Assembly: GCF_035271045.1 (NCBI RefSeq)
Contig: NZ_DATESC010000008.1
Location: 36,044-100,043 of the forward strand
Reading direction: 5' to 3'
Source: Marinospirillum sp.
Lineage (GTDB): Bacteria > Pseudomonadota > Gammaproteobacteria > Pseudomonadales > Halomonadaceae
Length of the DNA: 64,000 nucleotides
A model generated the notes under the pieces. The model ran no database searches, had not been told where the DNA came from, and saw only the letters and a program-made list of their open reading frames with translations. This document shows, piece by piece, positions 54,068-62,564 of this stretch (its first letter is position 1; the number at the start of each line of letters is the position of its first letter). The translations under genes and the position numbers were made by a program.

Positions 54068-55249
54068 CTTGTTGATTTGTTCGGCTATAAGCAAGGCAGG
54101 TGATAGAACAACCTCCATACCATCAAAATTAATTACAGCATCAAATAAATTTTCATTATTTGATGTTTTTATTAAAAATGATTTTTTAGATTTTCTTGTC
54201 TTCATTGCTTTACTCAAGAAAGACGCTGCCTGCTCCAAGGATTCTCCTTTCTTCTGTACTCTAACTAGTATCGGAGACCCTTCAAACTGCTCAACTAATA
54301 TCGCATCTATCCCCTTATTTCTTTGCACTGGATTAAAGTTTATATCTTGTAGGTAGCTAAGAGCATCAACATCAGCATTTAAGTATGATTCACGCCCTTT
54401 CTTAAGAAGGTTAGATTCTGTTTTAATAGGATTGGCTAAGCGTTCTTTACTAAGCTCAACAGCATCTAGGGATTCATCAATTCCAATGTAGTTTCTATTA
54501 AGAAGCGTTGCAGCAACACATGTAGTTCCGCTACCACAAAAAGGATCAAGAACAATGTCTTCTTCTGAAGTTACAAGTTCTATTATCTGCTCTAAAAGTA
54601 AGAGAGGTTTTTGAGTTGGATAACCTACCCTTTCTTTTGCCTTTGGATTTAAGTAAGGAATATCCCAAACATCACTTAATGGGACTCCTTTTTTTTTATC
54701 TCCATTTTTCACTTCTCCAGAGCAGTCCCTTTCATATATGGTTTTATTGTTTTTATCCCTAGCTCTACGCTGAAGAATTTGATCTATATTTGTTGTTTCA
54801 GAGTAAGGTTTATAAATAGTGTTAAATTTAAAATCCTTACTCTTTGAGTAAAAATATATATTTTGATGGTTTGGAAGAAGTCCTTTTTTTGAATTGGACC
54901 ACCTTTTATAAGACCATATAATTTCTGACTGAAAATTATTTTCACCAAAAACGTGATCTAATATTGCACGAATAATATGCTCTCCATTTTTGTCGCAATG
55001 AACAAAAATAGAGCCGCTATCTTTTAATAAAGAGTGCATTACTTCTATTCGAGCTTTAATAAACTCAGCATAACTTTGATTACTTCCCCAATTGTCACAA
55101 AAGCTAAATTTTTTAGTGCGCTCACGATTTTTTAAAGTATGCACTTTTTCAGTAAAAAATGGTGGGTCCAAATAAATCAAATCAATTGAATTACTCTCAA
55201 TTAACTTCATTTTATCTAAACAATCACCGTATAAAATATTATTAAGCAT
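54062..55249 (-). CDS. Type II amino-DNA methyltransferase (N6-A/N4-C, beta class), intact
   Basis: IYLDPPF near the N-terminus, YPTQKP, VLDPFCGSGTT near the end of the catalytic domain (beta order); extra ~110-aa C-terminal domain. Confidence 0.9.
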   Translation of the reverse strand: MLNNILYGDCLDKMKLIESNSIDLIYLDPPFFTEKVHTLKNRERTKKFSFCDNWGSNQSYAEFIKARIEVMHSLLKDSGSIFVHCDKNGEHIIRAILDHVFGENNFQSEIIWSYKRWSNSKKGLLPNHQNIYFYSKSKDFKFNTIYKPYSETTNIDQILQRRARDKNNKTIYERDCSGEVKNGDKKKGVPLSDVWDIPYLNPKAKERVGYPTQKPLLLLEQIIELVTSEEDIVLDPFCGSGTTCVAATLLNRNYIGIDESLDAVELSKERLANPIKTESNLLKKGRESYLNADVDALSYLQDINFNPVQRNKGIDAILVEQFEGSPILVRVQKKGESLEQAASFLSKAMKTRKSKKSFLIKTSNNENLFDAVINFDGMEVVLSPALLIAEQINKS

Positions 55250-56044
55250 TAGTTAGCTCTTTATCTCTATTTTCAGCAATTTCAGTTAAGATTGCTTTAA
55301 GATTGCTTTAAGATTATATCCGCTTAATTTTTCCAAGTAATCCCAAGCTTCATCACCAGCGTAATAATCACCACCTACACCAGCATAAATGGTTTTTAGT
55401 GTTTCTTGAATTTTAATAGCTTGCTCTCGTAGTGGGTAATAAAACATAACTCGAATAGGCTTGTAACCGTGAGACTTGATAGCTTGTACACGAGTATGCT
55501 CTTTCGTAATGTGATCACCATCCGTTGTAGCATCGCGCCATTTTATCTCTACAGCATCTGTACCATTAAGAAAATCAATCTCAAAATTTTTAGGCTTATC
55601 TCCAATAGTATTTTTTACTAGAACTTTACCACCTTCACTGTTTGAAAAAAACATACACATTGTGGCTGCTTCCTCTAAAAATGAACCTGCATAGTTATAC
55701 AGAAAGCGACCAATATTTTGATACTCATCAATAAGAATACCTTCCTCATGAGAGATTCATAAAACTCGATAAATCAGATAATGCGAGTTATCATCAGCCT
55801 TCATTTCTTCCTTACGAGCCACTGTTTTATTTTTTAGGTTGTCAGCATATTCATCAGCGAGTTTACCAATTTTATTTTTTAATAAGCTCAAGCAGCACCC
55901 TTCTGAAATTGCCTTATTAATGAGAGCGCGTTCATACTCATAAACCGCCTGAATTAGCTCTGCTTTTTTCTTCTTTTTAATATTAATTCCTAAAGAAACA
56001 CAATAAGCATTAAGCTCATCTATTTTCATTCTATCAACTTTCAT
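55242..56044 (-). pseudogene. ApaLI/XbaI-family type II restriction endonuclease, disrupted twice
   Basis: AGGAGG RBS before ATG 56044; continuous frame SHYLIYRVL*ISHEEG...YQNIGRFLYNYAGSFLEEA...FEIDFL...AVEIKWRDATTDGDH; in-frame TGA at 55757-55759; 11-bp duplication at 55286-55307 truncates the end (removing one copy gives ...KAILTEIAENRDKELTNA*, stop at 55242 overlapping the MTase start). Confidence 0.85.
55286..55315. repeat. 11-bp tandem duplication causing a frameshift
   Basis: TTAAGATTGCT at 55286-55296 and 55297-55307, then TTAAGATT. Confidence 0.92.
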
Positions 56045-56415
56045 AGCACCTCCTAAATTCACCTTACACTTGGTGGAAAAGCACCATAATGCCATAAAGA
56101 ATACTCTCTCAAACACTCAAAGAACATCGACTATTCAACCCCAATAAACCATTTTGGCTGCATAACTTCGAAGTCCAGCCGAATGTTTTCTGGCAAGGAA
56201 GCTGCTGAGTCTATAACCAATGACTTGCCATCAATGCGTTTAAATACCTAGGTTATTAGCTAGTGCTTTCATTTCTGAGTAAGTCTTGCCAAGAATATTG
56301 GCAACCGCTGCATAGTATTTCCCTTTTAACTCAACTTGCTAAGCCTTCTAAAACCTACTGGTCACTAAGCTAAAAATGTGTTTAAGTAGCAAGCTATTTA
56401 ACCGAACTAAGAGGT

Positions 56416-56748
56416 TTGCCGCTAGTGGTTATTAGTAAGCGATTAGGGCGAGTTGTTTTACTGCTGTTACTCGTGTTTTTTAGCACGCTACAGCAGGTTT
56501 CTACACCAGTATTTAATTGCAAAAGCGCCGACAGTTATAGTTACCATAATCCTAATGCCAATACCAAGCCTTGCCATTTAATTGATTGCATAAGCAGCGT
56601 AGCGCATTGTTGCAGCAATGTTATGTGTGACACCCCTCAGTTAGCAATATTTGAACAAATCTCAACCCCTATTAACTTACTAGGCTATTTCTTTAGCTCT
56701 ATAGAAATTACTCCTAAAACACCACCACCCAAAATAACTGGGTGTTAA
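56416..56748 (+). CDS. Small exported Cys/His-rich protein (CopL/DUF2946-like)
   Basis: TTG start; hydrophobic N-terminus; CH..DC...HCC...C cluster; C-terminal PKTPPPK; directly upstream of a DUF411 gene. Confidence 0.5.
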   Translation: MPLVVISKRLGRVVLLLLLVFFSTLQQVSTPVFNCKSADSYSYHNPNANTKPCHLIDCISSVAHCCSNVMCDTPQLAIFEQISTPINLLGYFFSSIEITPKTPPPKITGC

Positions 56749-56781
56749 TTGTTTATTTTTTAATAATTCAGGAGTAATCAA

Positions 56782-57222
56782 ATGCAAAGAAATATTATTA
56801 GCTTTATCTACCTTGGCCTACTCAGTATTTTTAGTAGCCAACTTATTGCAGCACCCATCAATGCCACCCTTCACAAAGATCCTAATTGTGGTTGCTGTGT
56901 GGAATATGCCCATTATTTAGAGAAAAATGGCTTTAATGTTATCTCTAAAAACCATGCCAATATGACACTTGTCAAACAACGGCTTGGTACACTAAAAGCA
57001 GCTAGTTGCCACACAATAGAAATTCAAGGTTATGTTGTTGAGGGGCACGTGCCTGTTGCAGCAATTGAAAAAATGCTTAAAGAGCAGCCTGATATTAAGG
57101 GGCTTTCCTTACCAGGTATGCCTTATAATTCACCAGGAATGGGGCCTGAAAAGAAAGGTAGCTTACAAATTTTAGGGCTGAATGCACAGGGTAAACCAAC
57201 TGGGGTGTATATCACTTTATAA
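56782..57222 (+). CDS. DUF411 / CopG-like periplasmic metal-binding protein
   Basis: Signal peptide, KDPNCGCC, SCHT, YVVEGHVP, PGMPYNSPGM. Confidence 0.88.
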   Translation: MQRNIISFIYLGLLSIFSSQLIAAPINATLHKDPNCGCCVEYAHYLEKNGFNVISKNHANMTLVKQRLGTLKAASCHTIEIQGYVVEGHVPVAAIEKMLKEQPDIKGLSLPGMPYNSPGMGPEKKGSLQILGLNAQGKPTGVYITL

Positions 57223-57251
57223 GCTAGCATGAATAAGTAATAAAACTAAGA

Positions 57252-57284
57252 AAGCTAGCCACAATTTTAAATTGTGGCTAGCTT
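57252..57284. terminator. Perfect 16-bp inverted repeat between convergent genes (probable terminator)
   Basis: AAGCTAGCCACAATTT-t-AAATTGTGGCTAGCTT. Confidence 0.7.
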
Positions 57285-57384
57285 GGGTACATAGCTTGAT
57301 CAGCAGTCTTTTTTGACTGACTCGTCCGACTCTAAAAGCACCTTCTGCCCAACAATATCTGATTTACGCATCAAGCTCGTTAAC

Positions 57385-57525
57385 CTATGCACCTACCTCT
57401 TCTATAGCCAAATCAACTTGCTTAGCCTTACTAATGTATTTGGGTTTGTTGGATGAAACTAATTTAGCATTGGCTTTTTTTGCACGCGATTTTAATATTT
57501 GATTAGCTTTTTTACGACGATTCAT
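57385..57525 (-). CDS. DUF2986-family small basic protein (46 aa)
   Basis: Below the track cutoff; MNRRKKANQILKSRAKKANAKLVSSNKPKYISKAKQVDLAIEEVGA with an AGGT RBS-like sequence upstream. Confidence 0.75.
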   Translation of the reverse strand: MNRRKKANQILKSRAKKANAKLVSSNKPKYISKAKQVDLAIEEVGA

Positions 57526-57671
57526 AGATACCTACTTAATTAAATTTTAAATGTGCGTTAAGATTTCTAGGTTCTTACTTTAAGTTACTTTACTTTACTT
57601 AACTCAGTTAAAAAAACAGTACACTTGCTTAAATTTCTAACCCTATCATTCGTTTACCTTTAGACCCTACC

Positions 57672-59504
57672 ATGAACTTACCTTTATTTTTTGTTTTAAG
57701 CCTATTATTTTTAGCCATTGTTTTATTTGTGCGTAACCGCCCCCGCATGGATGTTGTGGCTATTTTAGTTTTGCTAGCACTGCCTTTAAGTGGCGTGTTA
57801 ACAGTACACGAAGCCTTAACTGGGTTTAGTGACCCTAGCGTGGTGGTGATTGCTGCCCTTTTTATTGTGGGTGAAGGGCTGGTGCGTACCGGCGTGGCGT
57901 ATCAAATTGGTGAAAAACTCCTTCACCATTCAGGAAACAGTGAAGCCAAATTAATTGTGTATTTAATGCTGGCAGTCGCTGGATTAGGTTCAATTATGAG
58001 TTCTACCGGTGTTGTAGCTATTTTTATTCCTGTGGTGCTGAGTATTTGTGCGCGTAACAACATTCACCCTAGTAAGTTAATGATGCCGCTCAGTTTTGCT
58101 GGATTGATTAGCGGTATGCTGACCTTGGTTGCAACGCCACCTAATATGGTGATTCACAGTGAGTTGGTGCGGCATGGTTATGAAGGTTTTAGCTTTTTAT
58201 CTTTCACGCCAATCGGTTTAGTGGTGTTGGTTTTGGGAATGGGCTATATGCTAATCGCTCGCCGGTGGCTGGTGAATGAAAAAAGCCAAGCTGCTGCCGG
58301 TGAACCCCGCCACACCCTTGCCGATTTAGTGCGTGAATACAATTTGGACGGCCGCCAATTACGTTTAAAAGTTAACCTTAATTCAAGCCTAGTTGGACAA
58401 ACGCTAAACGAATTAAAATTGCGTCGTCAATATGGTATTAACGTGATTGCAGTTGAACGGCAAAGGCACTTTAGGCGTTTGTTATTAGGCGCAACGGGTA
58501 GCACCGATTTACGCGCAGGCGATTGGTTATTGGTGAGCTTGGTTGACCCAGACTGTGACCTAAGCAGTGCTTATGCTGAACTGGGTGTTGAACCCTTGAT
58601 ATTAAGGCAAAGTTGTTTTGCAGAACATTCACGCAGTCTTGGTTTAGCCGAAGTGTTGCTACCGCCCGATTCACGCTTGTTAGGTAAAACCATTCAAGAA
58701 CTGGGTTTTCGTACCCGCCGTCAATTAAACGTCATTGGTTTAAGACGACAACAAAGCGCCTTAGAAGGCCTGCTGATTGATGAAGAATTAAAAGCGGGTG
58801 ATACCTTGTTAGTGGTGGGTAGCTGGCAAAACATTCAGCGTTTGCAAACTTATAGCCGTGACTTTATTGTTTTAAACTTACCCGCTGAAAAAGACAACAG
58901 TGCGCCAGCTTTAGATAAAGCGCCTTACGCTTTGTTTAGCCTAGCCGTAATGGTCGGCTTAATGATTAGCGGCCTAGTACCCAATGTATTGGCGGCGATT
59001 ATTGGCTGTGTTTTGATGGGTGCTTTTCGCTGCATTGATATGGACAGCGCCTATAAATCCATTCATTGGCCCAGTCTAATTTTAATTGTGGGCATGATTC
59101 CTTTTGCAGCTGCTTTACAAAAAACTGGCGGGATAGACTTAGCCGTACAAGGCATGATGAATGTGTTTGGAAATTCTGCACCTAGAGTGATTTTGGTCGT
59201 CTTATTTATAGCGACAGCAACCACGGGTTTGTTTATTTCTAATACAGCAACCGCGGTACTTTTTGCGCCCATTGCCATAGCAGCAGCCGATGCCTTTGGT
59301 GTTGCGCCAGCAGCTTTTGCCATGACCGTTGCCATTGCTGCCTCTGCGGCTTTTATGACACCCGTATCATCGCCTGTGAACACCCTAGTTTTAGGGCCAG
59401 GGCAATACCGTTTTAGTGATTTTTTACGTATTGGCGTACCTTTTACAGTGTTGATATTAATAACCACAGTATTATTAGTACCGCTGCTATTTCCTTTTAA
59501 TTGA
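57672..59504 (+). CDS. SLC13/CitT-family permease with two TrkA-C (RCK-C) domains
   Basis: RPRMDVVA, GMLTLVATPPN, cytoplasmic RCK-C region, ISNTATAVL, FMTPVSSPVN, YRFSDF. Confidence 0.88.
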   Translation: MNLPLFFVLSLLFLAIVLFVRNRPRMDVVAILVLLALPLSGVLTVHEALTGFSDPSVVVIAALFIVGEGLVRTGVAYQIGEKLLHHSGNSEAKLIVYLMLAVAGLGSIMSSTGVVAIFIPVVLSICARNNIHPSKLMMPLSFAGLISGMLTLVATPPNMVIHSELVRHGYEGFSFLSFTPIGLVVLVLGMGYMLIARRWLVNEKSQAAAGEPRHTLADLVREYNLDGRQLRLKVNLNSSLVGQTLNELKLRRQYGINVIAVERQRHFRRLLLGATGSTDLRAGDWLLVSLVDPDCDLSSAYAELGVEPLILRQSCFAEHSRSLGLAEVLLPPDSRLLGKTIQELGFRTRRQLNVIGLRRQQSALEGLLIDEELKAGDTLLVVGSWQNIQRLQTYSRDFIVLNLPAEKDNSAPALDKAPYALFSLAVMVGLMISGLVPNVLAAIIGCVLMGAFRCIDMDSAYKSIHWPSLILIVGMIPFAAALQKTGGIDLAVQGMMNVFGNSAPRVILVVLFIATATTGLFISNTATAVLFAPIAIAAADAFGVAPAAFAMTVAIAASAAFMTPVSSPVNTLVLGPGQYRFSDFLRIGVPFTVLILITTVLLVPLLFPFN

Positions 59505-59573
59505 ATTTTAAGGCTAAACCAACAAGTGCAACTCATTAAGTTAGGATAGGTATCCTTAAACCACCCACTGAAT

Positions 59574-60728
59574 TTAGCCCATAGTTATACGCTGTTGTTG
59601 CTCTAAAGCGGCTTGTAATTCTTCTTTCAGGGCTTTTAAGTAAGCGTCAACTTCTGCTTGGGTTTCAATATAAGCGCCTTTCGTTTGCTGGTTAAAAATT
59701 TCAATGGGGTTAATGTGCGTCACGGTTTTTTCAGGTGTATTAACCGTTGAATTTGGTATAGCAAATAAATCATTTATGGCTGACTCAGGTTGTGTAAAAA
59801 CTGGCGGCGCTGTTTTAAAACAAGCAAAGTCTTCGGTCATAGGCTGGCCGCCAAGTTTTATTAATTCTTGGTTGCCTAACTGCTCGTTATTACGCACCCA
59901 CAAAGGGCACCACTGGTGTTTAAGGTTTTCATTAGCGCCTTCCCAAGTGCCGCCTTTAATACCTGATTTAACGACAAGAACTGTTTCAGACAAGGCATAA
60001 ATGGATTTATTTCTTGCCATAGCATTACCAACACTAAAGCCTGCTTCTGGGTAAAAGGCGCTAAGTAACAATAGTCTGTTGTCACGCAATCCTTCACGGT
60101 AAGCTTTGCTGGTTGATGTGCGTAATAAACTGTCTGCTAGCACGCCTATGCTTGAACCCCCTTCGTCTAAAGCCGTTAACATGGCTGTTTGGTCAATGCC
60201 CTTAGCGCCACCTGATACCACCACAAACCCTTGTGAAACCGCGAGTTTAGCTTTGTTTTGAGTAAAGCTTTCATCGTCTTGGGTAATCTCACGGGAGCCA
60301 ACAAAGCCAATAGCAGGCTGATTCAGTAGTGCTAAATTACCGATAGTGAAAAACACCGGCGGGCGATTATCACCCAGTTTTTCACGAATTTTTTGTGGGT
60401 AGTTAGCGCAGGCACGAGTAATTAGATTAACGCCTTGCTTAGTCCACTGCTCTAAGGCAAAAGCCATGCTGCCACCCCGTGCTAGTAATTTTTTTAACCG
60501 CTCGGTGGTTATTTCGTTTTTCTTAGCGCCAGGTTTAGGGTCTTGCCAGTGTGCTAAAACCTTTTCAGCACCTTTAAGTAGGCTAGCTGGCGAGTAGTTA
60601 TTCTGGTGCAGCCAAACCGCTAAACGTGAATATTGCAAAGGCGTTAGAGGCCTCACGTCTTTTACTTCACTTTTATTGAAGTAGCAGGTAAGCAATAAAA
60701 TGGCTTGGGCTGTTTCTGTGTAATGCAT
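59574..60728 (-). CDS. DprA/SMF-family protein (PsyrA/RqlI-type antitoxin) with atypical C-terminal tail
   Basis: ATG 60728; LLLT...PLTPLQYSRLA.WL, YPQKIREKLG..RPP, GFVGSR, VVSGGAKGID, AMARNKSIYALS, GGTWEGA; immediately downstream of a RecQ-like gene. Confidence 0.85.
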   Translation of the reverse strand: MHYTETAQAILLLTCYFNKSEVKDVRPLTPLQYSRLAVWLHQNNYSPASLLKGAEKVLAHWQDPKPGAKKNEITTERLKKLLARGGSMAFALEQWTKQGVNLITRACANYPQKIREKLGDNRPPVFFTIGNLALLNQPAIGFVGSREITQDDESFTQNKAKLAVSQGFVVVSGGAKGIDQTAMLTALDEGGSSIGVLADSLLRTSTSKAYREGLRDNRLLLLSAFYPEAGFSVGNAMARNKSIYALSETVLVVKSGIKGGTWEGANENLKHQWCPLWVRNNEQLGNQELIKLGGQPMTEDFACFKTAPPVFTQPESAINDLFAIPNSTVNTPEKTVTHINPIEIFNQQTKGAYIETQAEVDAYLKALKEELQAALEQQQRITMG

Positions 60729-60733
60729 TAATT

Positions 60734-62564
60734 TTAACCTTGTACGCTGGTACTGGTAAGGGTGACAGGGTAAACAGCCCCTGAGTTTGCACGCCGCAAA
60801 GAAGGAATATAGGTTAACCACCTAGGTTGTTGTGTAAAGGGTAGTGTGCGAATCATGGCAACCATAGGTGCGATTAGTTCATCACTAAAAGCATTGGCTT
60901 TTTTACCCTCAGCAACCAAGCTCCCCCAAGTACCATCACGCCAGCGCGATAAGGTCAGACCGGGTTCCGAAATAAGGTTGGTGTCTTGGTAAGGAAAACG
61001 GTAGGTTGCAAAAGCGGTTAAAGTCATGTCTTTTGATGCACCAAAGCGTTTTCTGGGCTGAATGGGTAGGTAGCGGTGTTTAGCAAATTCTTTAGCTGCT
61101 TCAGATAAATGCTCTGCTACGGCCGTGCTTAAACTTTCACTTGGTAGGCAATTAGCGCACTGACCGCAATCTTCAGCAAAGCTATCATCCAAGGCGTTGG
61201 CTAAAAACTTCATTAAACAAGCGGTGCTGCGGTGATAACTTAATAGCTGCAACCATTCATCTTTTTTAATGCTTGATAAGCGTGCAATGCGCTCATGGGG
61301 CAGGGTGTAGTCCGTACTGGTGCGATAATAGGTTGCCTTGTCTTTATAAATGGGTGCTGGATCAGCAACGCTTAAAAATTTAAGCACCTTGTCTATATTC
61401 GATGAAGAAAGGTTAGTGTGTTGCTCCATTTCAGCTTTTTTTAAGCCGTTTTCAGCATCTTCTAGCGCATTTAAAAGCTCAGTCACTTGTTCTGCACTAG
61501 GAAAAGCGGCTTGAATAAAATGGTTTTGGATGACTTCATCTTCATAACCCATCATTAAAATACCATAAGCATTATCAATGCCACGCCCAGCTCGCCCTAC
61601 TTGCTGGTAATACTCAATAATGTTGCCCGGTGCTTGATAATGAATAACAAAACCTATGTCGGGCTTGTCAAACCCCATACCCAGTGCAGAAGTGGCAACC
61701 AGCACTTTAAGGCGGTTGTGAATTAAGTCATCTTCCAAAGCTTGGCGTTCATTGTTATCAGCTTGGCCGTGGTAGGCTTTGGCGTCAATGCCGTGTTGCT
61801 TAAGCCAGTCGGCAACCAGTTCACAATCACGGGTTGTTTTGGTATACACAATGCCCGTGTGGGGTAACTTGGGTAGGGTATTAACCAGCCAGAGGCATTT
61901 GTGGAAGGGTTTGTAGGCGCAGTGATTCACGCATTAACGCCCCACGCAAGGTTTTCATTTCACTACCAATTTGTACCTGAATGTCGTTTATTACTCGATC
62001 ATTGGCAGTTGCTGTGGTCGCTAATACTGGCAGGTTTTTTGGCATGGCTTGGATGATGCCAACAATGCGCTGATAATCAGGTCGAAAATCATGCCCCCAA
62101 TCAGATATACAGTGCGCTTCATCAACAACAAATAAACCAATATTGGATAGAACTTTGCTTAAAACGTTTTGCACAAACCAATCATTGCCCAACTGCTCGG
62201 GTGAAATAATAATGGCATCGGCTTTTTGCTGAATAATTTGCTGTTCGTTGTACTGGCGCTCGGTTTTGTCTAATGATGAGTTAATAGTGATGACATTTAA
62301 CCCAAGCTTAGCAGCGCTAATAACCTGGTTACGCATCAGTGCTATCAAGGGCGAAATAATAATGGTAGGGCCTTTGCCTTGCTCTCGTAGCAATATAGTT
62401 GAAATAAAGTACACCGCACTTTTACCCCAACCAGTTTTCTGTACAACCAGCATTTTGCTGCTATTGGTGACTAGCTTATTAATTGATTCATATTGCCCAT
62501 CATGAAAACTGGCTAATGGGTTGTTGGTCATTTGCTGTAAACATTGCCTAGCTTTATTTTGCAT
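60734..62564 (-). pseudogene. RecQ-like helicase (PsyrT/RqlH-type toxin), frameshifted and lacking the PRTase core
   Basis: 5' part 61881-62564: QKTGWGKS, VDEAHCISDWGHDFRPDY, TTATA; frame change at ~61890; 3' part: TGIVY, TSALGMGFDKPD, YYQQVGRAGR, C...CGQCANC; ends IPSLRR-ANSGAVYP with no VDD motif. Confidence 0.85.

Noticed and set aside
55757-55759. In-frame TGA in the endonuclease as selenocysteine or programmed read-through
   Set aside because: The position corresponds to Gly as I recall the family (GGA to TGA is one substitution), no SECIS-like hairpin is evident, and a second independent lesion exists in the same gene.
59063-59536. 157-aa Ala-rich antisense ORF and the many other 60-130 aa ORFs nested in known genes
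   Set aside because: They are shadows of well-supported genes on the opposite strand or frame, without RBS or recognisable motifs.
60729-60821. Cys-rich N-terminal extension of the DprA-type ORF
   Set aside because: Overlaps the helicase 3' end in another frame; ATG 60728 just after the helicase stop is the natural start.
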